Shown here: positions 54,014 through 64,000 of the stretch, piece by piece
Position numbering within the stretch: position 1 is the first letter of the stretch
Layout of the letters: every line of letters starts with the position of its first letter
Program-made: the position numbers and the translations under genes
Virus record (IMG/VR): IMGVR_UViG_3300032038_000068
Span: 4,477-68,476 of that record
Length of the DNA: 64,000 nucleotides
Source: a virus
Lineage: Duplodnaviria > Caudoviricetes
Strand: one strand, 5' to 3'
The notes under the pieces: generated by a model
What the model was told of the DNA's origin: nothing
Seen by the model: the letters and a program-made list of their open reading frames with translations, nothing else
Database searches by the model: none

Positions 54014-54090
54014 GATTAAATTTTCAATATTTTCTTGCAGAAAATTTAGTTATGTGGATTTTTTTATTATTTTTGGCGCAAAAATAATAA
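54014..54090 (+). promoter_or_regulatory. Promoter region of tape measure gene
   Basis: GATTAAATTTTC 54014-54025; palindrome TTATTATTTTTG-GCG-CAAAAATAATAA 54064-54090. Confidence 0.65.
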
Positions 54091-54142
54091 ACATTGCACA
54101 TCTTTGCCGAAAAACGGGAGATTGCACAAATCAGGATAACAT

Positions 54143-57100
54143 ATGGCAGATCTCGGTACACTATGGTTTGACACCCGACTCAAAGACTCGGCAACCAAAG
54201 ACGCGGACAGGATTCGTAAGGAACTCAGCCACAAGTTGAGTGACATCCCTATTAACATCAAACTTGAACACAGTAACATTGATGCGATGCGTCAGCGCAT
54301 TGCTGAATCGTTGTCAAAGAAAGACTTCAAGATAAGGGTCAACATAGACCCGTCAAGTCTTGCCGGGCTTCAGAAGATGGGAGGTCTCACGGAGGCGCAG
54401 GCAAGGGCGGCAAAAGCATCTGCGGAGGCGGCTCTTGCAGAGGCCAAGCTTGCCACCGAACGTCAGCGCACCATTGCTACGACAGCAAATGCCCAAAAGG
54501 CTGAACTCCTTCTTGAGCAGGCTCGTATGCGTGTAGCCAAGTCTATGAGCGAGGAACAGAGGAGTTTCGTAGCCATGAGGGCAAGCCTTAACGGAGGTAT
54601 CAGTGCCGTGTCTTCCATGACCGAGGCGATGGTCGGATTGTTCACCATCCACGCAGGTCGTCAGTTCCTGCAGAACATCATAGACATCGGTGGACAGTTG
54701 GAGAAACAGCGTATCTCCATGGGTGCGATCCTCGGTGACACAGCCCGTGCCAACACCCTGTTCAACCAGATAAAGGGTCTTGCCATCAAGTCTCCGTTCG
54801 GTGTAGTTGAACTTGACCAGTACTCCAAGCAGTTGGCCGCATATGGTGTTGAGCAGAGTCAGCTCTATGACATGACAAGAAGACTTGCCGACATCTCTGC
54901 AGGTGCAGGCCAGGACATCGGTCGTCTTGCATTGGCACTGGGTCATGTGAAGAGTGCGACATACCTTACTGGTATCACTCTCCGCCAGTTCTCCATGAAC
55001 AACATCCCGATGCTGAAGATGCTTGCCGAATATTACTCCGAGGTGGAGAAACGTGCAGTGTCAACGGCAGAGGTGCAGAAGCGTATCTCTCAGCGTCAGG
55101 TATCATATGAGGATGTAGAGGCGCAGATCAAGCGAATGACCGATGAAGGCGGTATGTTCTACAACATGCAGGAGAAGATTTCCGAGTCGGTTGCAGCTAA
55201 ATGGAAGAACCTGCGTGACTCCATGGACATCATGTATGGTGACATGGCAGAGGGGAAACTTGGTCAGGTACTGAAGGATACTGCAACTGCACTGATGGCG
55301 ATGACCACGCACTGGCAGGAGATGATTGCCGTAGTCGGTGTTGGTGCAACCGTATGGGGAACATGGAGGATGGCTATTGCCGCAAACAATGTACTCCTTG
55401 GAAGGAACACCGTTGCCACGTTGCAGAACATCAATGCGAACCGGCAGGCGCAGATGTTGATGATGCGCTATGCAGCAACATACCGAAGTTTAACTGCTGA
55501 AGAAACGGCAGCAGCAATAGGTGCAAGGAACCTGACCCGTCTTCAGTTGCTTGGTGTAACGCATATAAACAAACTCTCTGCTGCAAGAAGAAGTCTTATC
55601 GCATCCACAAGGGCGCAGTCTATTGAAGAGATGAGGATGGCTTTGAATAATCATAAGATTATTGCCGAAGACCTCACAAAGGCGGTTGCTTTAGGGCAGG
55701 TGTCTAAAGCCCGTGCGAGATGTGCAATTATGACATCAGCCCTTACTGAGGCAGAGAAGAAGAATGCCGTTACTGCAATAAATAGCATCAGGACTTATGG
55801 AAGATTTACTGGAGTTGTCAATGGACTCGCACTTGGGTTTGGCAAACTTGCCGTTGCATTGAAGAGCCTTTTGTTCAGTCCTCAGTTGTGGATATTTGCC
55901 CTCATCGCAGGTCTTACCGAGTTGTGGATGAAGAACAAGATGGAAACCGACAAGGCAATTGAACTGAACGATGAGTTGTTCAACCGTGCCGAAGAGGGCA
56001 TCAAGAACATCCGCAATATGATGGAGGAGACCAACATGACCTTCAACGTCAACGGAAAGAACAATATAGAGAATTTCGGTAAAACCCCAGGAACATTTGG
56101 ATTCCCGAGTGCGGATTCACTTTCCAGTGACGATATGCGTAAGAGCATGGAAACATGGGAACAGTTCATCAAGGAGTATGCAGCCACTCCGAACATCATG
56201 CTCAATGCGGCATATGCCACCGACCAGACCGGGAAAGCCGTACACTCCCTTGCAGAACAATACAAGATATTGGGCGAAAACGCAATCATTGTTGCTCAGA
56301 GCTACGAATACCTACCCAATGTAGCACAGGCACTTTCCGATGCCATTCAGCAGGCGAAAAACGGATGGTTTGATGATGACCTCATGACTGACATCAAGGA
56401 CTATAATGACGCGCTGAAAGAGCAAACGCACACCATTGCGCTGTACTACAAGCAATACCAAAAGGCATCGGTCAAGGCACTTGATGCAGCAAGGAGTGAT
56501 GCTGCTTTTGCCAAGGCACTCAAGGATTCCAAGATTGCCCTTGAGGATGTGAATGGGCAGATGCAGTTCCTTGCCACCCATCAGGATGAGTACACGGATG
56601 CCGTAGAAAAGTTCAAGTCTATATTCCAATCGTTCTCCAACATCGGTATGGAATGGCTGTTTGACAACAGCAAGGTTACAAATGCCACCGATGAACTTGA
56701 GGCTGAGTTCAAGCAGGTTGCCCAAAACATGAAGACCGAACTGGAATCAACATATGGTGACTTCGATAAGTTGAGCGATGCTGCAAAAAAATCCCTTGGT
56801 CAAGCCATCGCTATGGCTCTTGCAGACATGGTCACGAAGTCGGGTGCATCGGTTGATGAGGTAAAGGATAAGATTATGGAACTCGGCAAAGTCGAGTTCG
56901 GAATACCTATTGATGTCAAGACTGCAGAGGCGGCTGCAAAGATCAGTGCGCTGAAGGAGCAGTTGAATAAGCTTGTTGATGGTGAATGGATAATAGACAT
57001 AAATGCTGCAACAAATGCATTTGATGTCATCCAAAAGATTCGTGAAGCATACAAGACGGCAAAAGACCAGATCGAGAATGCAGAGCCTATTTTGATGAAG

Positions 57101-59752
57101 TACGGACTGACTGCTGTAGGTGTCGGTGTAATGAAAGATGAGGACATAAAAAATGCAGCTGGTGGTGATGAGTTTGTCAGAAGTGTATTGGAAGGAGTCA
57201 GGGATGCGCAAAAGAAGATAAACCAAGCCATAAAAGCAAGCGATAAGTATAGCTTCTCCCTCACTGACCCGACAAGAGGAGGTAAGGTGTTCCGTGACAA
57301 GAAAGGTGGCAGCGGTGGAAGTAAGGCTGACAAGGAACTCAAGGAAGCGCAGACAAGGTTTGATGAAATCAAGTCGTTCCTTGATGAGTACAAGAAGTAC
57401 AGCAAGACATATAGCGAGGATGAGAGCATCAACATCCTTGAGAGCCTTTTCCCGACAATGAAGGGAAAGGGTAAGGAAGCCGTAAACAATTTCAAGCAGG
57501 TTCTTGAGAATATCAAGAATTCGCTCAAGATGTCCACTGAGGATCGTAAGAAGTTCGGTATCAGCATTGACAAGTACATCGCTGACTTCAACCAAAGCGA
57601 GGCTCAGAAGATTATTGATGACCAACTGAAGGCAATCAAGGAATATATATCCGAACAAGGAGAGAACTACAACCTGTATAAGACTCTCTTTGAGAAGACT
57701 GGTAGCGAGGACTTTGCAAGACGTGCCTTTGAGAACGGAAGGGTGTTCGATGACTTTGCAAGGGAACTTGAGTCAAGGCTGAAAGGAATAGTCGGTGAGA
57801 ACATAGACTATGATATCAGTGAGGTTGAGGCAGAAAACCTATACAAAGGTCTTAACGGAGCATACGAACTTTGGAAGAAGATAGTAGACATCACCAAAAA
57901 GAACTATCACGACTCTCTTACAAAGGGAGGTGATGCAATTGAGAAACTTCTTACCGTACAGGAGAAGATCGCCAAGAAAGAGGAAGAGATTGTAAGGACG
58001 AAGGAGAAGTACAACCTTGCCGATGATGACCCGATAATACTCAAACTTACGAAGGACTTGAAGGATCTTCGTGCAGAGGCATTCAAGGCAAGTGCGGAAT
58101 ATCTCAAGTTCTATGATTCCATCCTATCGCTCACCATTCCTGAAGCAGAAGAAATCGGGAAGAAGATCCGTGAGAACCTCAACAACGAACTGAAGAGCGG
58201 AACCATTACAGCGAGAGAATATTCCAAGCAGATAAAGCAGATAAACGACCAACTTGACAAGTTGCGCAAGAAACAGGGCAACATGGCATCGTTACTCAGC
58301 GGAGGTCTTGAAGGAATGTTCAAGAATATGTATGAGCAGGCAGAGAGTGATTTCAACAAGTACTCTACTGAACTCGGTCAGGCAGCTGATGACTATCAGA
58401 ATGCTATGAAGCAAGGGGATGAGTTAGGCATGAAGTCTGCAAGTTCGGCTATGATGTCCGCTGATTTCATGAAGGAAGGTGCAGCATCAGCAATGAAAGG
58501 TGCGTCCGGTGCGATGTCAACGATGATGGTCATTGACAAGATTGTCCATGGCATCAATAATATCGTACAGGGCATGAAGGGTACGTTCGATGAGATCCGT
58601 GAGATGTACGATGCGCTTGGAAAAGACACCGAGAGCGACAGTTGGGAAGACATGAACACCTTTATGGAAGGTTTCTCCAATGCAAGTCAGAATGCCACGA
58701 ATGCATGGGATTCTTTGAAGAATGGTGATATAGGTGGTGTCATCAAGGGAGGTGTCGGGTCTGTCACCTCATGGATAACTGCAATTGCAAGGGGACACGA
58801 CAAGAAACTGGACAATGCCATCAAGAAGTCAGCGCGTGAGGTGAAGAACCTTGAGAACGCATACAAGAACCTTGAATGGGAGATAAGCAACCAGCTTACT
58901 GCAGTTACCAAAGAACAAAGCAAGAAGATGCTTGCCGACCTTCAGAATACCCAAAAGGAACTTGAGAAACAACTTGAGAGCGAACAGAAGAAGAAAAAGT
59001 CCGATGCTGATAAGATCCTTGACATGGAGCAAAGCCTTGAAGAGGCAAAGCAGAGGATAAGGACGTTCTATCAGGAAATGGCAAACGACCGATACGGCAT
59101 AGACCTTGACAACTGGGCTGACAATATTGCCAACGCTTTGGTGAATGCCTTTGCTGAAGGAAAGGATGCCGCTGTTGAATTTGACAATGCCGTAGCAGAC
59201 ATCATGAAGGATGTTGTCGGGAATATCATAAAGATAAGCGTTGTCAAGCCTGCAATGGAAGAACTGAAAGATTTCCTCTTCGGTTCAAAGGGTATTGCAA
59301 CAACCAATTCCGACAGCGGTGTTGAGATATCGGCTTCCGAGGCGGCTGACCTTGTAGGAAAACTTTCATTGTTAAAAAGCCAGATTGACAACGGAAAGAG
59401 TATATATACCGTTGTCGCAGATGCGATGAAGAGTCTTGGCATTGACATGAACGGAAAGGATTCAAGTGCGATGACATCCGGCATCAAGGGTATCACCGAG
59501 AACCAGGCAGACCTCTTGGCATCGTATATCAATGCCATCCGGGCAGATGTGGCAATAGAGCGTGAGATGATGATGACGGCACTCCCTACCCTATCTATGG
59601 AAATCCAGCAATGGAACGTCATCGCACAGCAACAGGTGGCTCATCAGGAGCAGATTGCAAGCAACACTTTAAGGAATGCGGAGGCTGCGGACATGATATA
59701 CGAACTGCTTCACCGTGTGGAACTTGGAGGCTCTTACTTGAACGTCAAGTAA
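54143..59752 (+). CDS. Tape measure protein
   Basis: 1869 aa, helical Ala/Lys/Glu-rich; SPF....L..YSKQL.AYG tape-measure N-terminal domain. Confidence 0.9.
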   Translation: MADLGTLWFDTRLKDSATKDADRIRKELSHKLSDIPINIKLEHSNIDAMRQRIAESLSKKDFKIRVNIDPSSLAGLQKMGGLTEAQARAAKASAEAALAEAKLATERQRTIATTANAQKAELLLEQARMRVAKSMSEEQRSFVAMRASLNGGISAVSSMTEAMVGLFTIHAGRQFLQNIIDIGGQLEKQRISMGAILGDTARANTLFNQIKGLAIKSPFGVVELDQYSKQLAAYGVEQSQLYDMTRRLADISAGAGQDIGRLALALGHVKSATYLTGITLRQFSMNNIPMLKMLAEYYSEVEKRAVSTAEVQKRISQRQVSYEDVEAQIKRMTDEGGMFYNMQEKISESVAAKWKNLRDSMDIMYGDMAEGKLGQVLKDTATALMAMTTHWQEMIAVVGVGATVWGTWRMAIAANNVLLGRNTVATLQNINANRQAQMLMMRYAATYRSLTAEETAAAIGARNLTRLQLLGVTHINKLSAARRSLIASTRAQSIEEMRMALNNHKIIAEDLTKAVALGQVSKARARCAIMTSALTEAEKKNAVTAINSIRTYGRFTGVVNGLALGFGKLAVALKSLLFSPQLWIFALIAGLTELWMKNKMETDKAIELNDELFNRAEEGIKNIRNMMEETNMTFNVNGKNNIENFGKTPGTFGFPSADSLSSDDMRKSMETWEQFIKEYAATPNIMLNAAYATDQTGKAVHSLAEQYKILGENAIIVAQSYEYLPNVAQALSDAIQQAKNGWFDDDLMTDIKDYNDALKEQTHTIALYYKQYQKASVKALDAARSDAAFAKALKDSKIALEDVNGQMQFLATHQDEYTDAVEKFKSIFQSFSNIGMEWLFDNSKVTNATDELEAEFKQVAQNMKTELESTYGDFDKLSDAAKKSLGQAIAMALADMVTKSGASVDEVKDKIMELGKVEFGIPIDVKTAEAAAKISALKEQLNKLVDGEWIIDINAATNAFDVIQKIREAYKTAKDQIENAEPILMKYGLTAVGVGVMKDEDIKNAAGGDEFVRSVLEGVRDAQKKINQAIKASDKYSFSLTDPTRGGKVFRDKKGGSGGSKADKELKEAQTRFDEIKSFLDEYKKYSKTYSEDESINILESLFPTMKGKGKEAVNNFKQVLENIKNSLKMSTEDRKKFGISIDKYIADFNQSEAQKIIDDQLKAIKEYISEQGENYNLYKTLFEKTGSEDFARRAFENGRVFDDFARELESRLKGIVGENIDYDISEVEAENLYKGLNGAYELWKKIVDITKKNYHDSLTKGGDAIEKLLTVQEKIAKKEEEIVRTKEKYNLADDDPIILKLTKDLKDLRAEAFKASAEYLKFYDSILSLTIPEAEEIGKKIRENLNNELKSGTITAREYSKQIKQINDQLDKLRKKQGNMASLLSGGLEGMFKNMYEQAESDFNKYSTELGQAADDYQNAMKQGDELGMKSASSAMMSADFMKEGAASAMKGASGAMSTMMVIDKIVHGINNIVQGMKGTFDEIREMYDALGKDTESDSWEDMNTFMEGFSNASQNATNAWDSLKNGDIGGVIKGGVGSVTSWITAIARGHDKKLDNAIKKSAREVKNLENAYKNLEWEISNQLTAVTKEQSKKMLADLQNTQKELEKQLESEQKKKKSDADKILDMEQSLEEAKQRIRTFYQEMANDRYGIDLDNWADNIANALVNAFAEGKDAAVEFDNAVADIMKDVVGNIIKISVVKPAMEELKDFLFGSKGIATTNSDSGVEISASEAADLVGKLSLLKSQIDNGKSIYTVVADAMKSLGIDMNGKDSSAMTSGIKGITENQADLLASYINAIRADVAIEREMMMTALPTLSMEIQQWNVIAQQQVAHQEQIASNTLRNAEAADMIYELLHRVELGGSYLNVK

Positions 59753-59780
59753 AAATATTTAGAAAATATAAGCCAAAAAA

Positions 59781-59811
59781 TTTGCATAAAAGGAGAATTA
59801 GTTTATTTTTG
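59781..59811 (+). promoter_or_regulatory. Promoter of tail tip gene
   Basis: TTTG 59781-59784, 19 nt spacer, TATTTTTG 59804-59811. Confidence 0.65.
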
Positions 59812-59834
59812 CAACGTAATCAGGATAACGGGAC

Positions 59835-62800
59835 ATGGCATACACGATATACGACAAGAACGGAAACGAGCGGCTTGCGGTAATTGAAGCATCATTGCAG
59901 CCGAATGCGGGAAGGTTCGTTGAACCCCAACTGGAGTACAACGGCACTTGGATGGGCGAATGTTTTGTTACGCTCAACATCAAGTCTCCCGTACCGATAA
60001 TATTCGCTATCGGTGACTATGTCATGTACCGTGGTGAGAAGTTCGTCATCAACTACGATCCAAGCGTTATCAAGAAGGCCACCAAGAAGTCAACGGGTGA
60101 TGCCTTCTGCTATGACAACGTGAAGTTCTCTGCTTTGTCGTATGAGTTGTCGGACATCCGTATGCTTGATTATGTGGAAGGCGACAACAATATGCACTAT
60201 GTCGGCCTTCCCGTGTTCTCATTCTTCTGCAATGACATAGACGACTTTGCAGACCGCTTGCAGGTCAATACGGACCGCTACTGCGAAAAGAACGGTATTA
60301 CCGATGGATACAAGTGGATATTCGTCACTCCGAGTTCGTCAAGGTCCGCGTCACGGGCTGGCGGTGCATCTGGACGTGCAGAGGAGGCATACGGAGACAC
60401 GTTCGGGAAGTACGGTCCTTGGGTTGACAATGAGAAGAACAATCAGAACATCAGCATCGACAACATGAGCGTGTGGGATGCGATGAAGTACATCAAGGAC
60501 AGCTTTGGTCTGAACTTCGTCATAAGGGGTCGCGTTGTCATCATAGGTGCGGCAGGTATGCCGACAAAGGACGTGTTTGCATACGGAAAAGGTAACGGTC
60601 TCTACGAGATTGAGCGGGTAGCAGATACCGAACAGCAGATTGTGACAAAGCTGTATTCATACGGTTCCGACAAGAATATGCCCGAAAGGTATTATGCCAA
60701 CGTGGATAACAGCGACCTTCCCAACAACCTTGCGGTAGGTTTCCTTATGATGCCTGGGTTCCCTACGCAGTCTCTATATCAATGGGTGAAGACCCATCAG
60801 GGAACGAACTGCAACGACAGCACGGGTTATGCTACATGGCATGGTTATTCGGCATACTTCTCTAAGGATGCCCATCTTCCTTATGTCATGTCGGCAAATG
60901 CCTATGAATATGGTGTAAGGGAAGCAACGAAGTATTTCAATGGTTCTGACGGTACGGAAGAGATTTATCCAACAATCGAGAACTCGGGAATAGATACCGT
61001 ATATGATGCAGAGGTGATAGAGGACAGCGGTGTGTTTGCAGAAGGCGATACCGTTCCCGACTTCACCATTACACTGCCGAACCTCGGTTTCGACCTTGCT
61101 TCCCTCATAAAGAACGAGAGCGCAATAGCGATGAAGGATGGCCCCTGCGGTGGGCGTGAGTTCAACATCGTTTCAGCGACGCAGGACGAGAACAACCGAT
61201 GGGTTGTCACATGCAACAGGACGAAGGACGATTCACTTGGCCTGTACTTCCCATACTCATACGCAGCATCCACTGGCGGTACGCCATCGGCAAACGAGGT
61301 GTATCAGATAAAGCCTGGAAGCAAGTATGTGCTTATCGGTATCGAGATGCCTTCAACCTATGTTGAGATGGCCTCCGCGAAGTTGTTGGAGAATGCCCTT
61401 GCATTCCTGTTCAAGAACGACAGCCCGAGATACACATATATTCCGAAGGTTGATGAGGTTTTCATGGCTCGTCAGGCGCAGGAAGCTGTCGTTTCGGAAG
61501 GTGATGCCTATCATGACATCCTGAAAGAAGGTGACGTGATGGTGTTCGAGGACACCGATTTGACGATCGACGATGCCGTATGTATCGACACCTTGCGCAT
61601 CAAGGAGTACGGCAATCAGCAGATACCTACCTATGAGATTACATTGCGTAACGAGAAACAGGTAGGTACTATCCAACGAATCCAGGAGCAGATAGGAAAG
61701 ATTACCTCGGGCGAGACATCCGTTGGCGGTGGTGGCGGTTCAAGTGTAAACGTCGGTGTCGTAAGGGGTCTTATAGAGACCTACGGCGCGAACTACTTCC
61801 TAAGAAGGAACACCGATGAGTCCACTGCCGCATGGCTGCGATTCCTCGCCAATGGAGGCGTCAGGTTCGGAGACACGAACCAGTGGTACATAAACCATAA
61901 CGGCGAGGCTGTCCTTAATTCACTGAACGTAGATAACCTCAATGCCCTCAATGCTCACTTTGCTCAGTTAATCATTGACGAGATAAAGAGCGTTGGCGGT
62001 ATGGTTATTTTGACACCTGCTAATGCAAAGGTATATGCCGTACAGGTTAGAAGCAGTTCCATTACAAGGCTGTACTTCAAGGCATACGATGGAGAGCGGC
62101 GCGTCTATCAGTCTTTCATCACGAAGGACCAGGTACTTTGTGCAACGTTCAATACCGCAGGACTTGACGGTAGCGGGAACTACAATGTCAGCAACAAGTT
62201 CTATTGGACGACGGTATATAACGTATCGTCAGAGCCTGTTGAATACGAAGGAGCCTTGTGTCATTGGATAGGCGTGTACAGCAGTTCGGCCACATACACA
62301 AGGGGCGTGTTCAATCCTGAGGCTGGGGATGAGATTACCCTTCTCGGTAACAGCGGTACGAGCGATGCGCAGAAGGCACGAAGGAACGCCATCGTCATGT
62401 CGGCATACGATATAGACTTCCTTGACACGGGTTATGGTGTGGAAGGTGATGCGGACTACGTTCCCAAGCTGAAAGCACCGTTCTTCGTGCAGTACGCAGG
62501 CATCAATGACTTTACTCTCTATAACAAGCGAGTGAACGTAATGTCGTTCGGACTTAACCAGTTCAAGGGTAAGTTCATCGCATCGGGTGGTGACGACCTG
62601 GAAAGCATGTTCAATGACGTGCAGAAAGGTATCAAGCCGTGGACGCATCAGGTGTGGGCTGACAGTATTACCGAGGTAAAGAGCGGCAATACAAGGACGG
62701 GATGGACTATCAGCGGTTTCTCGAAGATATACAAGTCAACAAGCCGTTGGTTCTGTTTATATACTGACTATACGGAAGGTGAGAGCCACATTGAAGAGAG

Positions 62801-64000
62801 CTTGTTCACGGGCGCAGATGTCACTTGGATGCCGTTTAATACAACAATTAACGGTGTTGTATATAAATACCTTCTGACACAAAGCGACACGCAGCCTTCC
62901 GATAATGACTTCAACACAAACGGATGGGACACGACAGCAGGTCATCCGATGACTAAGGGTTGGTACTTGTGGACCCGCGAGACCATCACATACGGAAACG
63001 GCACTGTTGTAAGCACCTATACCCCTGCCCGTATAGGCGATGATGGTGCGACAGGGCAAGAGGGCGTTTCCTCTTATCTGCATATCGCATATTCAACATC
63101 GGCAGACGGAAGTGAGAACTTCTCTACGACCTCTTTTGACGGTGCTGCATACATCGGAATATGCAGGGATGAAGACCCTGACGACCCGTTAGGTGCAACA
63201 GCATACACTCAATATTCTTGGTCAAGGTTCCTCGGCAACGACGGTCAGGACGGAGAAGACGGTCTTGACGGACTGTCTGCGCCACCTTCATATATAGAGA
63301 ATAAGGTAAGCCACTATCTCGCTTGGAATGCAAGCAGTGGCGTTACAAAGAGTACAGGCACATGGAGTACGTCTTACCCTGATACTACTGGAGCGAACCG
63401 TTTCCTGTGGCAGTACGACTCGTTTACATATACTGTCAACGAGGGTGTGAAGAACCTGTTGCTTGATTCTAAGAACCAGTTCAACTACTATCAGCAGAAC
63501 AACAACTATATTGCAAAGATAAAGTTGTCGGAGAACCTTGTAAACGGCAACACCTACTCACTTGTATTCAGGGCGGAGGACTTATCTGAGTTCGGAATCA
63601 CGCATTGCAACTTTGACGTTTATCTTACTACCGCATGGATTGCTCCAGGAAAGTCATCCTCTTCAAGGCACATTTCTCAGGCTACGAGGATAATGCAGCA
63701 GGCAGACGGAACATGCAGGGTGACGTTCACGGCTGTTACTCCCGATGATACAAACAAGCAGCTTGCCATCTATGTACAAGGCATAGGCATGTCGGAAGAC
63801 GTACCAGAGGTCTATTGGGCTATGCTTACCGAAGGGGCTGTAATGCACCAATGGGCGGCTGCACCCGAAGACTTGGCATACGAAACCGATGTCGCATTGG
63901 TCGGTTCGTCTGGCAGGGGTATAACAAGGATTGATGAGCAGTACGCACAAGGTACGAGCGGCACTACGGCACCTTCTTCTGGATGGACTACGAATCTTCT
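59835..64000 (+). CDS. Tail tip (Tal-like hub) fused to fibre modules, 3'-truncated by the window edge
   Basis: Hand translation MAYTIYDKNG..LEYNGTWMGECFVT..; no stop-terminated ORF is listed for this frame, so it runs off the end; C-terminal part has YLW..TY, LHIAYS.SADG and NLLLDSKNQ modules like the ORF at 2-4663. Confidence 0.8.
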   Translation, partial: MAYTIYDKNGNERLAVIEASLQPNAGRFVEPQLEYNGTWMGECFVTLNIKSPVPIIFAIGDYVMYRGEKFVINYDPSVIKKATKKSTGDAFCYDNVKFSALSYELSDIRMLDYVEGDNNMHYVGLPVFSFFCNDIDDFADRLQVNTDRYCEKNGITDGYKWIFVTPSSSRSASRAGGASGRAEEAYGDTFGKYGPWVDNEKNNQNISIDNMSVWDAMKYIKDSFGLNFVIRGRVVIIGAAGMPTKDVFAYGKGNGLYEIERVADTEQQIVTKLYSYGSDKNMPERYYANVDNSDLPNNLAVGFLMMPGFPTQSLYQWVKTHQGTNCNDSTGYATWHGYSAYFSKDAHLPYVMSANAYEYGVREATKYFNGSDGTEEIYPTIENSGIDTVYDAEVIEDSGVFAEGDTVPDFTITLPNLGFDLASLIKNESAIAMKDGPCGGREFNIVSATQDENNRWVVTCNRTKDDSLGLYFPYSYAASTGGTPSANEVYQIKPGSKYVLIGIEMPSTYVEMASAKLLENALAFLFKNDSPRYTYIPKVDEVFMARQAQEAVVSEGDAYHDILKEGDVMVFEDTDLTIDDAVCIDTLRIKEYGNQQIPTYEITLRNEKQVGTIQRIQEQIGKITSGETSVGGGGGSSVNVGVVRGLIETYGANYFLRRNTDESTAAWLRFLANGGVRFGDTNQWYINHNGEAVLNSLNVDNLNALNAHFAQLIIDEIKSVGGMVILTPANAKVYAVQVRSSSITRLYFKAYDGERRVYQSFITKDQVLCATFNTAGLDGSGNYNVSNKFYWTTVYNVSSEPVEYEGALCHWIGVYSSSATYTRGVFNPEAGDEITLLGNSGTSDAQKARRNAIVMSAYDIDFLDTGYGVEGDADYVPKLKAPFFVQYAGINDFTLYNKRVNVMSFGLNQFKGKFIASGGDDLESMFNDVQKGIKPWTHQVWADSITEVKSGNTRTGWTISGFSKIYKSTSRWFCLYTDYTEGESHIEESLFTGADVTWMPFNTTINGVVYKYLLTQSDTQPSDNDFNTNGWDTTAGHPMTKGWYLWTRETITYGNGTVVSTYTPARIGDDGATGQEGVSSYLHIAYSTSADGSENFSTTSFDGAAYIGICRDEDPDDPLGATAYTQYSWSRFLGNDGQDGEDGLDGLSAPPSYIENKVSHYLAWNASSGVTKSTGTWSTSYPDTTGANRFLWQYDSFTYTVNEGVKNLLLDSKNQFNYYQQNNNYIAKIKLSENLVNGNTYSLVFRAEDLSEFGITHCNFDVYLTTAWIAPGKSSSSRHISQATRIMQQADGTCRVTFTAVTPDDTNKQLAIYVQGIGMSEDVPEVYWAMLTEGAVMHQWAAAPEDLAYETDVALVGSSGRGITRIDEQYAQGTSGTTAPSSGWTTNL

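Larger units (their letters stand above)
1..64000. mobile_element. Temperate tailed bacteriophage genome (near-complete, permuted within the tail fibre gene), probable Bacteroidota host
   Basis: terL, portal, capsid, tail tube, tape measure, lysis, CI, integrase and attP-like region all present; no host housekeeping genes; Bacteroidota-type TAnnTTTG promoters. Confidence 0.95.

Noticed and set aside
1-64000. CRISPR array, tRNA or rRNA genes
   Set aside because: No regularly spaced repeat-spacer array or full cloverleaf found; only a tRNA-3'-like 20-mer at attP
1-64000. Stop-codon reassignment
   Set aside because: Large genes are intact in the standard code and TAA, TGA and TAG all occur as gene ends

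Overview
The window is a near-complete genome of a temperate, long-tailed (siphovirus-like) dsDNA phage. The host is probably Bacteroidota (Prevotella/Bacteroides-like), inferred from many TAnnTTTG (-7) and TTTG (-33) promoter elements. The window opens and closes inside a very large tail (Tal/fibre) gene. Gene order: tail fibre, holin, GH19 endolysin, collagen fibre, LRR cassette, membrane proteins and spanin-like gene (+, 1-10.7 kb); a leftward early region with many small accessory genes, an orphan amino-methyltransferase, replication genes, YqaJ/RecT, HNH endonucleases and HU (10.9-24.5 kb); the immunity switch (CI, lipoprotein, second XRE), attP and integrase (24.6-27.7 kb); a leftward module with AraC-like HTH, HNH, putative Rep, a second tyrosine recombinase and an RHH protein (27.7-32.1 kb); an AT-rich island ending in a putative terS and pac-like region (32.1-36 kb); RuvC-like resolvase, head morphogenesis protein and D5-type helicase; inverted portal-terL; head and tail genes with a -1 frameshifted tail chaperone; a self-promoted six-gene operon of unknown function (51-54 kb); tape measure and Tal. 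Most interesting unexplained signals: two U-rich non-coding elements with shared architecture (10.7 kb, 22.6 kb), two switchable structured RNAs (30.2 kb, 51.0 kb), a recombinase gene flanked by direct repeats, recurrent promoter and leader motifs, a CI lacking its catalytic Ser, and the six-gene operon. All family assignments come from motif recognition by eye. No database search was run.
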